DNA of 64,000 nt, from assembly GCA_951406725.2 (NCBI GenBank), contig OX597815.1:97402001-97466000 (forward strand), read 5' to 3'. Under the pieces are notes generated by a model. That model made no database searches, was not told the DNA's origin, and worked only from the letters and a program-made list of their open reading frames with translations. The DNA comes from Octopus vulgaris (lineage: Eukaryota). A program made the position numbers and the translations under genes. Numbering within the stretch: the first letter of the stretch is position 1; the number at the start of each line of letters is the position of its first letter. Positions 27,987 to 41,235 of the stretch are shown one piece after another.

Positions 27987-28415
27987 CTATACTATATAGA
28001 ATGATAGGTTAGATAACCACACACAGAATACATTTAATTATAACGTCTGTGGCATCAAGGTTATATAGAAACAAATCAATAATTGAAATTACAATATTTT
28101 TAGTGAAATCAGAACTACATTGCATGTAGTTCTTTTTTTCCTTTCTCTCTCTCTCTTCCTCTCTCTCTCTCATGTTTGTATCATCTAATTATACAACAAA
28201 TTTAAAAATGTAACACAATCTCTAATTAAAGAAATGTGAAACAGTAAGGGTTATAACAAAAATGAAATATCAGAATCAATCTAAATTAGAATTAATAGGT
28301 TAATAATTGGCTGGTTGTTTTTGACCATGAAAGGAAGGGAAGAAATATATTGCACTAAGTATTAAATTTTATATATAAAATGAAAAATAAAAATTGAGTA
28401 TAACGTGTCTCATAC

Positions 28416-28535
28416 GGCGGAGAACTAGCAGAATCGTTAGTACGTCGGACAAAATGGTTAGTGGTATTTCGCCCATCTTTACATTCTGAGTTCAAATTCT
28501 GCGGAGATCGACTTTCATTTACATCCTTTCCAGGA
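28416..28535 (+). mobile_element. SINE fragment, same family
   Basis: ggcggagaactagcagaatcgttag...gagttcaaattctgcggagatcgacttt. Confidence 0.75.
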
Positions 28536-28619
28536 TACTGCCAACTCGCCGTTTTAATGATAATTATAATAATTCACATAGAAGCTACAAGTCACATTGC
28601 ATGTTAATGTATTTATTTG

Positions 28620-28928
28620 GCATAGATTTGAAGCATGAGATAGCAAGTTTGTGAGAACAGAGGAAGTATAGGTTATTACCTGTTGTGATAAGGGCACTTG
28701 GAACCGTAACAATCTGTTTTCAGAAGTGGGTTGCCAAGCATGGACTCATTATCAAGTCTGAGATGTTCCAGAAAGCAGCACTACTTGGGACCAGCCATGA
28801 TTTTGAGAAGTTGTGTAACTGAAATAATGAAGTTGACAGAACCCATGGTAATTCGTTATGACACGCCCCTCATCAAAAGATATTGACATGCAATCAGTCT
28901 GAGAAGTGTGATGATGATGATGTTGATG
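28620..28928 (+). mobile_element. R4/Dong-like non-LTR retrotransposon 3' end
   Basis: Frame from 28625 reads DLKHEIASL*...LLPVVIRALGTV...KW...QKAALLGTSH, the RLE C-terminal PVVIGALG and QKA.LLGT motifs, followed by a short UTR and a (TGA)n tail. Confidence 0.75.
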
Positions 28929-28929
28929 A

Positions 28930-29128
28930 ATTCGAAGCTTAGCACAAAGGCAGCAGGTTTGGGGAGGAGATAAATCGATTACATCTACCCCAGTGTTCAA
29001 CAGGTACTTACTTTATCGACCCCGAAAAAAATTAAAGGCAAAGTAGACCACGGTGGAACTTAAACTCAGAACGTGAAGACAGACGACATCCTGCTAAACA
29101 TTTTGCCCGGTGTGCTAACGATTCTGCT
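28930..29128 (-). mobile_element. SINE, same family
   Basis: Reverse complement of the family body: gtacttactttatcgaccccgaaa...aaggcaaagtagacc...aactcagaacg...tgctaacgattctgc. Confidence 0.8.
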
Positions 29129-29167
<39 letters not shown>

Positions 29168-29168
29168 G

Positions 29169-29199
<31 letters not shown>

Positions 29200-29359
29200 T
29201 ATCATCATCATCATTATTATCATTATCATTATTATCATTATTATCATTATTATCATTATTATCATTATCATTATTATCATTATCATTATTATCATTATTA
29301 CCATTATCATTATTATTGTTATCATTATTAATATTTTTATTATCATTATTATTATTATT
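29129..29359. repeat. (ATC)n grading into (ATT)n trinucleotide microsatellite
   Basis: Read directly. It produces the poly-M, poly-D and poly-S ORFs. Confidence 0.95.
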
Positions 29360-29586
29360 GTTCAGGTCACAGCTTGGAATCGAACTCGGAATCACAGGGT
29401 TAGTAGCCCGCGCTCTTAACCACTACGCCATATATCCGTTGGAATATGGCATAGTGTCTAAGAGCGTGGGCTACTAACCCCAAGATTCCGAGTTCGATTC
29501 AAACAGTAACCTGAACAATAATAATAATAATAATAACATCGAAAAATACCTTAGGAATGAGAACCCAGGTTCGAAATTACCCCAAG

Positions 29587-29630
29587 ACATCTGAAGAAGC
29601 CTGGAGGGTATATCAGCCGAAACGTTATGT
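29587..29630 (+). ncRNA. Type I hammerhead-like ribozyme
   Basis: ACAT CTGAAGA AGCCTG-gagggtatat-CAGCC GAAA CGTT ATGT: stem I ACAT/ATGT, stem II with one mismatch and palindromic AACGTT at stem III. Confidence 0.6.
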
Positions 29631-29749
29631 AAACAACAAACAAGACGAGGACGAATATCCGTCGAATGTAAATAACGTAGATAATTCACCTCTTAAATAT
29701 AGAATTGTAAATATCAACGAAATTTGAATGTTTAATGCTTCATATTAGT

Positions 29750-29943
29750 TTCAAACTTTAGCATAGCACCAGCAGGATATGAGGGGAGGGGAGGTTGATT
29801 AAATCTATGTCAGCGTTCAAATTGTACTTATTTTATCTCCTAGAAAGTATGACAAGCAAAGCCAACTCGACAGAATTTTAACTCAGAAAGTAAAATCGAA
29901 CAAAAAGCATTTTGCCCGGCGTGCTATCAATTTTGCCAGCTCG
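29750..29943 (-). mobile_element. SINE, same family (diverged)
   Basis: gtacttattttatc...actcagaaagt...ttttgcccggcgtgcta...tgccagctcg. Confidence 0.7.
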
Positions 29944-31388
29944 TGAAAGCGTGTGAATAAATAACTTTTTTGTGTTCTTAGTTTATATTATGATGACGCC
30001 AAATATGATTGGCATATTTTCACGGACGATAATTGTTAGCCCAGTACTGGTTCATCTGTTTTTTTTCTTTTTCTTTTCGTTGTTCCCTCGCTCTCTAGAT
30101 ATCAAATTGGTTGCATCCAGACCTGGTGAAACGAGCTCCAATCTAGGTTTATTATGCCACGATCGCATTCTACATATCCAAAACTAAGTGGGGCAAAGTA
30201 TGAAGGAAAAACAATATCAGCAATAATACTAAGTACAACATACATTCCATTGTAAATACATATATACACGCGCAAATATTCACGCGTGCGCATAGTTAGT
30301 GCATATTTAGATACACAACTAATTATCTATACTTAATGTATTTTCCGCTCATGGACGTATCGGTGGGTGTTTGCATGTGTGCATTTCTCTCTATACGAGT
30401 GTGCATTTATTTCTTCCTTCGCTTAGCGTATTTCAATGTATTCAATAGGAAAATTGAAGTTTGCAACAACAGTGGAAACAATTTAATTTGCATTTCAATT
30501 CACATTTCAGAGTAGATGCATACATTTTACATGTAGCCATTTCTCTTTAACAACAGTTGGCTTTCCTCCGGGAATTACTACTGACTACTGACTCAAACTG
30601 ACAAGGGATCCTCTACAAATGTGTAGTAGTCTTTTATCAATTAAATAATTTTTTTTTATATACCATTTCAAATGAAATGTCTCTTACCTCAATACTCTCT
30701 TACATGCATGATGTCAATTTTCTTCATTCCAAGCTGTGTCATTCAAATATCAAACCAACTTCCTCAAGCGTTATGAAATAACATTTGTGTATATTCCTTT
30801 AAATACACACAGACATATCGTACGAAACATATGTATATATTTAATATCTTCAGTCAAGTTAATGCTAATAATTTACACGAAATGTGATATAATTAATACA
30901 CCCAGATACATACATATATTACAACTTTTTTCCCTCTCATTTTCAAATTGATAGCTGAAGATGAGTTCGGCAGTGCCACTAATTTTACTTCAATCGTTTG
31001 ATGTGAATAGCTATATTATTTGTGGAATACGCTGCTCTGTGTATGTTCTCTGTAATTGAAAATTTCCTCTTTTGAAATTTAGTCTCTCCGATTATGTGTT
31101 GGAGACTTTCGGATTATTTGTTTGGGGGAGTATGCGTCAGTTTATGTGTGTGTATGCACTTCCTGATTTCAAAATGTTAAGCTGGCGTCTTTCTAGGCTA
31201 TTTACAAAGTGTTGTGTAAAATCCATTTAATATTCATAGCTATATGAATTCTTTACATAATTCTCTGTAATTAGTTTGTCTTTATGAATGAAGCTATTAA
31301 ACAGAGTGTGTTGAAATTATACTAAAACGTTGCGTAACCAAGAATTTATAATTTATGCTATTTAGTTTTAATCTTTCATGTTTTCCAG

Positions 31389-31556
31389 GATATACGCTAC
31401 GATGAGCTAAAAGAATTTACGCACCACGGAGTCAACATATCGTCATTCCGCTTGGTCGATCCTACAAAACCTCAGGTCGTTCGTGTTTTAAGTGACTGGC
31501 GATTGGATCAAAGTCGAAGAGGAAAATCTCCACTAATGGGAGGCACAGAAGTAACG
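31389..31556 (+). CDS. Internal exon of a kainate-like ionotropic glutamate receptor, amino-terminal (LIVBP-like) domain
   Basis: Acceptor ttttccAG (31387-31388) and donor ACG|GTgggt (31557), phase 0/0. Translation DIRYDELKEFTHHGVNISSFRLVDPTKPQVVRVLSDWRLDQSRRGKSPLMGGTEVT resembles the GluK segment 'DL..LD.EPYRYSGVNMTGFRILN......IEKW' (recalled, not searched). It joins in frame to the 57655 exon. Confidence 0.88.
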
Positions 31557-34500
31557 GTGGGTCCCACCAGAAGTGATACCACACTTTTGGATTTCTTCAT
31601 ATTTCTTCTAATTCAACTACTAACTTTCACTCAGATATATCATATGCTAACCCAGGAATTACGCACATAAATGCATTATTATTGCTGCATTATTATTGTA
31701 ATAGTCAATGCGGTGGACTGGTAGAATCGAATGCAGGCTGAACAGAATCATTAGCGGCATTTTGTGCGGCACAAAATTTTGTCAATGAACAGGTCGTGGT
31801 TTCAAAGTGACGAATTCAGCAAGCGATCTCAGATCAAGTCACTTGCTATGCAAGTACATCTCCACAATATATATATATATATATATATATAACTGTCCTA
31901 CAGCTGTATAATCAGTGTTGTGTGTGATATATTTGTTGTATTTCTCAGTCAGTAAAGCAGGCAATTACCACGCGATTCTTTCTAAAGCAACCGATGTTTT
32001 GTGAGGAAGGAATCCTTAGGCTGCAAATTTGACTCAAATGGTTATAATAGATTGGAACTTTCTAAAGTAAGCTAAGATGCCACGTTGGTGTATTATACTG
32101 ACCGATGTGTTAAATCTACCACTCAAGTCAGTCAGCATGGGGTTTTAACCGGAAAACAGCCTCAGTGTCCCGCTACTCTACCGCTCTAAATTTGTACTTT
32201 AAATCGCCCTCGGAAAGATAAACAGTAATCTTGGTGCCTGCAGGATTTGAACTCAAAACACTAAGAAGCGAAAGTCATGCTGCATGGCATTACATCTAGT
32301 TCTGTTAACTTGTCACTGCAATGAACCTTAGTAACATAATTATTTCTAGGATAGTGTTCTATTTTGGACAGTTTTCGTAGAAGCAATGCAAAGATTTCAT
32401 TATCATGTAATGTACCATGGTATGTAGCCCTGTTACCGAGCCTATATTGAGCAGTTAGAAGTCGAACTTAAATAAAATGACCTCTTCATATATTGGTTAT
32501 TCATATAAAAGACTGTAGCGTTAATAATTGCACCCAAGTCTGTTTACACACACAGACATACATACATACATGTATGTTTACATATAAAATGTGCTTATAA
32601 ATATTTATATTTATGTGTAGGTATATGTATAATCGTATACAAACACGCACATGCATATATATATTTGCATATGTGCACACAAAATATACACACTCACATA
32701 TACGATTGGGTGTGCGTGTATGTGTTTGAGTATTAAAGATTGTCTAAGTGTTTCAGATGAGTTATTGGTAAAAAAAAAATATGATTATATAGGTTAACTC
32801 GACTTTAGAGATGAAATATTCATGTTTAATATTTATATATATCCCGTGTTTCGGTTGGTTTAATCTCCATTCTTCATCGGTTGTCTTCGTCCAAGTTATT
32901 TGCATTGCACTGAATCCAATCAAAGCCAGCGACTATCCTGTCCGATACGACGTACATATCCAAAAATAAGACTTCGGATGTCGATCGAAGATCAAACCGA
33001 TTCCAAGTATTATCAAACAATAGAGATTCTTTTATAAATCAGCTCAATTTCCTTTGTTACATAAGATGCACATGTCACTTAATAATAATATAAAATGAAT
33101 ATATAAGTACTCTCCTATCTTCTGTTGTTTCATGCGACCCTATAATCCAAATTGTTTATTAACCTTCTTGTTGCATTATACAAAATAGCATTATTAGCAG
33201 TGACATTGTTTTTACTTTTAATGGTATAATATCAATACATGTATATTTATCATCTTAACGTATCCATTGTATTACATACCGCCATAAGCCTCTTGTCAAC
33301 ACTGTTCTATCTTCATCTGAGTTTTCTCTTTGTTGTATATTGTATCATGCTCGAGGCTCATCTTTATGCGTTCAGATCTGTAATGAGTGCATGCTGCCTT
33401 TTATGTGTAAGCTTCTTTTCTTTATTGTAAACCTTTACGAACTGATTTTATGTGTATAATCTCCTATGTGTGCTATTCAATGCGTTGCGTACGCGCTTCT
33501 GAGAGTATCGATTTTGCTTTGAGGGTGTATGATCAAAAACTACGATAATGCATGACTTTTTGACTTTCTTCAAATGAATGGTTGAATTCTTAATTTAACC
33601 CTACTGTCAAACGTCGGAGCGACCTTTCTGGTAATAAATGTAACCACAAAGAGAAAGGTGTATCAGAATACTTTAGATATTTATTCTCTGGGTTTTACAA
33701 AAATAAAATTACCACTTGTGATGTGAATAATTCCTTTATATATTTATACCCATTCATGCAAAATTTGTTTAAGAATAGGTTTGCTACGTTTTTGCCTTCA
33801 TAAATGATATTGCAGCAGCAAGATTCTCTGCATTTTTTCTCAAGTGCTACTTGACGTTTTAGAATGCTTTTCAACCTTCGTGTTTATAAATCAATCATAA
33901 AGACTACATTAGATAAAATATAGTTTTCTAAAGTGATCTTTTTGTTATAATTGACCGATTTCCTTATAAAACGAATGTAAATTAATATATTTCTTTAAAA
34001 AAGTGCCATTACGCATTATATTTTTTCTAAAATCATTCCTGAAAAAAATAATGGGAACGTTTATTAAATGTTAGAATCGTTATACTCATCAACTTGTATA
34101 TCATCACTTCCACCAATATCATCGTGATCCACACCATCATTATCGTTACAACATCCATTGTCAGCTCTGGTTTAATAATTCAGGTCATTATGTCCCAATA
34201 AGAGAAGAAATATTTGAAAATACTCATCTATAATCAAGGCTCAATATAACATCTATAGTTTGGAGTAGCTGATTATATGGATTCCAGGATTTGATTGACA
34301 TTTATTTACTGACCACATTAGGTTACGCTATGAGGTTCGAACTCGTAAACGTTTAAACGACGAAAATAAAATATTCATGGCGGAAAAGTAAAACTAATAC
34401 ACACCAATCTGATGGATGTGCTGTCTTCTTACTCTACAGTTTTTACTGTTGCTATTGAAACAAACTAAGCATATATCAACCATGCTTGCTCACTCCTTTC

Positions 34501-35560
34501 ACTTGTATTTCATCTCATCGTGAACCATATAATAACCGTGAATTTAAACTACTTCCTTAACTAAATTGACGAAACAATTTTCCCCAGAACATCACTTTTT
34601 AAGACTTGCTCCAGAGTCATTTCTTTTGCCTAATTGCCCTTACTCAATTGAAGCATAAACGGCATCGAACTCATTTGATATCGGAGCAACTTAAGTTAAA
34701 TCTGGGGGAACATCCAGCCATCCTTGTCGATCCATAATATAATATTAAAACTAAAGAAATACATAGTTACGAAACATCAAAAATATATAATTTCCCTTAA
34801 TATGCAAGGGTAAAAAACTTAATTTTTCATAAGTTTCACGTACTTTCTGTTGCATTCATGAATATTACAATACGGAATTCTTGATATTTGTGTCATATAG
34901 ATGTTGTCATATCATATGTCGTAGACAATAGCATATTTTCTATAAAATCAAATCATTCATATTCCATTATTTGCTAAGTAGATCTCTACCTCCAGTTTGA
35001 CTATTCCACATAATGCCTGCCAGATTTTATTCTGGCTTTCTGCACTTCCGGTCCAAGTGGTACAAAAGTCTAGTCTACTTTGCATGTCTTCCAGATGCTT
35101 TTCTAGTATTGTATACACGTTTACGTCAACATCAATACTCAACTGGTATTTATATATGTCACCAATCTTATGAGGATTAAAAGCAAACTTCAACAGCACC
35201 AGATTTGGAACTCGGTAAGTGCTAGGCGATGAAAATAAAGTATTGATAACTTATGCTAATATACCAGCACACATTAACTCTTTGAGTCTGTAACACCAGT
35301 TCACCGGTGGATGGTCTATTTTTATGTATATTGTAGTACCGCTCTACCGATGAAGTGCATCTGGGAACCAGGTATATGGTCAAATAAGTTTCAGGGGTCC
35401 AGGGTTCAAAGGGTTAATATGAAGCAGCAGTGAGATTGTGGATTGATATATTACTCAGTGCTTAGGACCAGTTATGACGCATATGTATATGTGCGCACGT
35501 GCATTCGTGTAATCTGTTAGCATATTTTGTCAATATTAATCACAAAACCTATCGGATCCG

Positions 35561-35635
<75 letters not shown>

Positions 35636-35801
35636 ACAAAGTTTTATCAATTACTTTTTTTAATTAGTTATTTCTCTTTTCAGTTTCGTGTGTGCGTTTT
35701 AAATTCTGCCGAGCATATACGATAACTCCTATTCACATTCAAAAGGGGAAATTTTCAAGGCACTCTTAATGGAAATTCATCCCCTCTCTCTCTCTCTCTC
35801 T

Positions 35802-35843
<42 letters not shown>

Positions 35844-36710
35844 GAGAGAGAGAGAGAGAGATGCCTTGTGAGAGGATTTTGTGCACAGAACTGAAAGAAG
35901 ACCATCGCTTATATCTATATAAAAGTGACTTTGTTCTGCTTGACAATCAGTGTTGATGTATTTAATTACCCGTAACATTGCGATTCAGTAAAAGAGGTCA
36001 ATAGAATACGTCCCACACTTTAAAAAAGATAAGAATTGGGGTCGATTTGTTCGACTAAAATTCATCAAGATTGTACTTCAGCATGGCCGTTGTCGGATGA
36101 CTGAAACAAGTATATGGATATATACACACATGGACACACCCATATATGTATGAATGTGTGTATCTATATATGTATATATATGGTTGAGTACCATTCTATA
36201 CCTCTATAGCCCTCATTATAAAATTAAATGTTGATTTAAAATTAAATAACTTAACGAAAACCTCTAAAAAATGAAAATAAATCGTGTTATTTTATAAGCT
36301 TAAATCTCCTCTGATTCGATATGGATTTGATTAAATAAAAAATGACAGGTTAATCTCTTTCACCTCTAAGATTGATACGATTTTCGACGATCTTGGTTGC
36401 AATCTTCTATCAAGAACTCCCATTGCGTGTTCTAGCCAATGAAATCTGTGCTTTGAGCCAATAATTTCAGAGATTTAATAAGCTTGTGGTACTTTCGTTT
36501 GGGGATCAGAGTTGCATATATCCCAAAAGTAGCGATTTTCTTTTCAATTACTAGAATGGAATTGAAATATTCTGATCTAAGAATACACCTGGATGGACAC
36601 AATTTTCAAATGTATGAAAGCATTTTGAGCTCTAATCTGCCCGTCGTCTATATTAAAACAATTACCAGAAATCCAAATTTTCCAGAGGTTTACCTATAAC
36701 TTGGAAACAG

Positions 36711-36937
36711 TAGGAGGTGCTGAAAAGTACCTGGTTTTCAGTAAAAGAAAATAGTGGAGGATCAATTAATTATGATTTTATTGAATATATTCCCCTCTCA
36801 GATTCATACATTTATTACCGCGTGCTTCAATTTTTCTTAGCTCCGTCAAAAAAAAAAAAGAAAAAACTCGGAAGATTGGTCTTCCAAGCAAGTTTTTCGC
36901 GATACCGTTAAAGCCAGGAATTTTTCAGCATCCCCTA
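36711..36937. mobile_element. Mariner-type MITE
   Basis: About 225 bp, non-coding, with imperfect TIRs ggaggtgctgaaaagtacctggtttt and aaagccaggaatttttcagcatcccc, and TA at both ends. Confidence 0.7.
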
Positions 36938-37017
36938 ATATGCCATGTATAATAAAGTCTTAATTCAACGCATGCATTTATAAAACTTCCAGATTCATTA
37001 AAGCTTATATAATAATG

Positions 37018-37200
37018 GTTTCAAATTTTGGCACAAGGCCTGGATTTCATGGCAGGGCTAAGTTAATTACATTGATCCCGGCGCTCAACTAGTACTTATT
37101 TGATCGAACTCGAAAGGATGGAAGGCAAAGTCTACCTCGGCGGAATTTGGACTCAGAATGTAAAGACGGGCTAGCTAACGCTTCTTCCGGGTCGTCGCTC
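37018..37200 (-). mobile_element. SINE, same family
   Basis: ttttggcacaaggcc...tagtacttatttgatcgaactcgaaaggatggaaggcaaagtctacctcggcggaattt. Confidence 0.8.
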
Positions 37201-37478
37201 AAAAGTTTATATAATATTAACGAATAAAACCTCTCCTTACTGAAGAAAACTTTAACCATTTGAACATTTTGATTTTATTATCTTTTGATATCAGTCAATT
37301 CGTGCTTCCGCATAATAATTCTAATCTAAGATTGTAAATTCTGTTCAAATGCAATGAGGTGACGAACACAGACTTTACAACTTTACAGTTGAACTTCGAT
37401 GTTTCACACACTTTCTACATGTATTCATCACTTGGCAGTACTCTTCTGCAATTCATACATACATACATACACACACAC

Positions 37479-37553
<75 letters not shown>

Positions 37554-38229
37554 CATACTTACGTAAATTTACACATACGTACATTTATATATTCATGCAT
37601 TCATTTGTGTGTGTGTGCGTATTCAAAAGTCACACACGTTTAGTAATAATCAAATGTACGGTAAAAAGATAAAAATCGTCAAGTTGAAAAGCATATACTA
37701 AATGCAGCGACGAACGGAAAAGAAACACAAGAAGGTCACCAGCTTTTCATCAGCTATGACAAGGGTGTCAAACGCAATTTTGTGTCATTATTGATAATAT
37801 TGCTTCAATTCTGGAGGCAACCAGTAAGAAAACTTGCTTTGAATGCGACCAGAATATAACAAAACAAAACGGGACGGACAAACATTGTATGAACAAAAAA
37901 TACAGAAATAGACATAACCATATATCCTTAGGGCCAGATGAAGGCGACAAAAAATAATAATAATACATATACAACAAAAAATGACATGACAACCTGGCCG
38001 TTAACTGACGAGAAGTTGGTGAACTTCTGTGTTTGTTTTCACTTCGTCTGTGCATCTAATTGACGTTCTGTGTCTTTTTTTCCGTCCGTTTCTTTTTACC
38101 TACATATGTTGGACTTCTGAAAACATTATTTATAGAACGCAACACATTCCTTAAGTTTTTGCCTGCACAAACACACACACACACACACACGCACACGTAT
38201 GTATGTATAGATGTATGTATGTATGTATG

Positions 38230-38261
<32 letters not shown>

Positions 38262-38293
38262 CATGGATGGATGGATGGATGTAGGTATGCATG

Positions 38294-38363
<70 letters not shown>

Positions 38364-38742
38364 TATACATGCCCGCGGACATATGTAGAAATATATTTGA
38401 ATTTTTGCTTATTCATAAGGGTCACTGTATATCTAAATTATGTTTGTATATAATATATTTCAGAATAATTGCACATGTAATATTTACATACTGATATTTA
38501 TTCTGGCAATGATTTTGCCACAACTTTAAGGGGTTTGGTTTATTTTGTAATACTCTTCCATGTTCTGCTAAATATTCTATTTTGTGAGAAGCAGGCGAAA
38601 TCTGGTGTCGACAGAAAAAATTGTCTATCTCCTCTCTCCTCCAATTTTTATTATATTAAAGAAACTTGTGTATATGCCAACAGCATTTCTACATCAGCAG
38701 TCGCTTTTTCCTTTAGTTATTCTATCTGGTTAGATACATACA

Positions 38743-38776
<34 letters not shown>

Positions 38777-39240
38777 CATACATACATACATATATATATA
38801 CATACATACATGCATACATATAAGCCGTTGCATTGAATTATGGCATTTTTGTGCCAAATATATTTCTTATCTTTAAAAAAATTACTGAATAAGCTTTGGC
38901 AATCTCTGTAAAATCCATTATATTTATATATTTTTGCACTTCGCATCTCATAATCGTCTAATGAAGACAAACTACATCCATCAATAAGGACTACATATAA
39001 CAGGAACAGCTCTTCAATATGAAATAGCAAAATGAACTGCATAAATGCGATGTGGGAGCAAAAATGCACCAAGCATATCACTAACTTGTGAAAACTGCAG
39101 ATTAATGCTTCATTGCATGATGCATCAATTCCTTCCGATCTTGTACTGTTCTGAAAACCATAGAGGGTTTTCACTATCGAATGTAACTAAATATTTTTTA
39201 ATGACACTGGATTACGCAACTAAATAATTGCTTTCTCATC

Positions 39241-39298
<58 letters not shown>

Positions 39299-40949
39299 CA
39301 CATACATTCGTATATCAAAATAGCGATGAAGGACGTGAACCACAGTTTGCTAAAAGGCAGTGTTACTCATTTCATCTGCCAACATTCTATCCAAATTGAT
39401 TTCGAGGGTTTGAATACCTCAGTATCATTCATCTCAAAAGTTCCGGATGTAGATATAATAACACAAGTCTTACAACTCAGTATATATATAGAGACAGAGC
39501 GGATATATAAAACTGGGATGAAAATCATAAATGAACGGATGTAGAATGTAAGATTTGAAATCATTTTCGCGATGAGGCAAAGATGAACTGAGAAAATGTG
39601 AGCATAGAGGGAAAATATAATATAACTTTCATGGGAATACAAGTGAATAGAGATATACATTGCATACGTATGGCAAATGCGATATTCACAAAAGAAAAGG
39701 GTCTGAATAACTATGTTTTTGACGCAGAGTTCCTTGATTACAATGAAGTTTTAGCAGCCATCGAGTTTAAGGACCTTATCTCATATATGCTTGGCTTTAA
39801 CGCGTCGCCATACAGTCATCTCGTTTCCTATTCCCTGCTCACGCATCGCGAAAACATGCATGGGATGGGTTTTCCTTTAATTAGTGTATAAACGTATCAC
39901 AAAGTCTCAACTGCATTTGTGTAAACCTAGCGCTAGTATCCTTATTATAACGTATATATTTGTCATCCTGAAGCATATATTTTGCGTTGAGATCTATGAA
40001 TACAAATTTATAATAGCTTCACCAGAAAGATTTCACTAGCTCTACTCACCAAATATGTTGCTTTTCAAATACACAGTGTTTTGCTTTATGTATACATATG
40101 TATACATATTAGGTGTATATCCTCTTGTATACATATTAGGTGTATATCCTCTTGTATACAAATTGATAACTTTCATGCCTTTTTTCTGAAATATTTATTC
40201 TAGTATATTGTGAATATTAATTAGTTGCGAACTGAACCCCACCTCTAATCAAACCTGGAACATAACTATTATCCTGTCAATAACGCGTTCACCTACTTCG
40301 ATATATATGGAACTGTCTCCTGACTTGTGACGTATCAATAAAAAGCCATTGTTATTCAATTTTTTTTCAGATTTCCATACAATAACAGTTGCTGTTTATA
40401 TACTTTCGAGTGGCTGTGACTGCGTCACCTATATGCTAATGATTTATACTCATTCATAGTTATTGTGGCCGATAAAAAAATAGAGAAACTATTATGCAGC
40501 AAATTTAACTTCTGCGTTCATTGCTTCCACGAAATATTTTCTAGTTGAATACTAGTAGGACTTAAAACTTTGTCTCATTCAAAGTGCTGTTTCAATTTTC
40601 TTGTTTATGCTTCCGTGATATATTCCATTACTATGATGAATTTAATCTCCTACATATGTGTGTGTCTTTCTGCGTTTGTATCTGTGTGTGTGTGTATGCG
40701 TGCGTGTTTGTTTGTAAGTCTGTGCGTGATTATACAATTATTCGCTTATTCCCGAAATGACTAACCATGCTACTCTTCGAAAGTAGGTATTATTATACCC
40801 ATTGCATCATTATTCTATTCCAGGTAGATAATTCAAACAATCAAAAACTTTTATTTTTAGTAGTTTATTTCGATAAGCAAAATAACTTATTTTCTCATTC
40901 ACTTTTATTGTTCTACAACTGAACAAAATTATGAACAAAAGTACAGTGA

Positions 40950-41235
40950 TGGCATATTAGGATAGCTGCTAATTACAAGTGTAATGTCTTCCACAGAAAC
41001 ATAACATAACCTACACATGCGGTTGCACTTTGGTATTGCAAGAGCGCCACTGTCTCTTGTTCGCCAGGTATTTTGTGGTAATCTCCTCTTCCTGGATTGC
41101 AAACGCATAGCCTTCAAAATGAGATGTGAGGTAGCGGTCTTGTGACCAAGAGAGGCTGCACTTTGTGTCAATTCTACTGTCTTCTTCAAGCTTCCTGGCG
41201 AGATACCCATGCACGGTCTTTTTTTGCAAGCTTAG
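40950..41235 (-). mobile_element. R4/Dong-like (RLE-type) non-LTR retrotransposon fragment
   Basis: HGYL...IDTKCSLSW...LTSHFEGYAFAIQEEEITTKY, then after a frameshift CRLCYVSVEDITLVISS, a degenerate CCHC knuckle preceding the RLE domain. Confidence 0.75.

Noticed and set aside
29032-29477. Poly-Met, poly-Asp/Asn and poly-Ser ORFs
   Set aside because: Artefacts of the (ATC)/(ATT) microsatellite.
29444-29515. tRNA gene
   Set aside because: A and B boxes are present but the acceptor stem is not convincing, and it is embedded in an inverted repeat element. Treated as a SINE-type head.
34957-35199. 80-aa minus ORF, possibly an RT relic
   Set aside because: No diagnostic motif could be identified by eye.
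39326-39891. Adjacent complex ORFs (72 and 97 aa)
   Set aside because: No recognisable domain or splice structure, so coding status cannot be supported.
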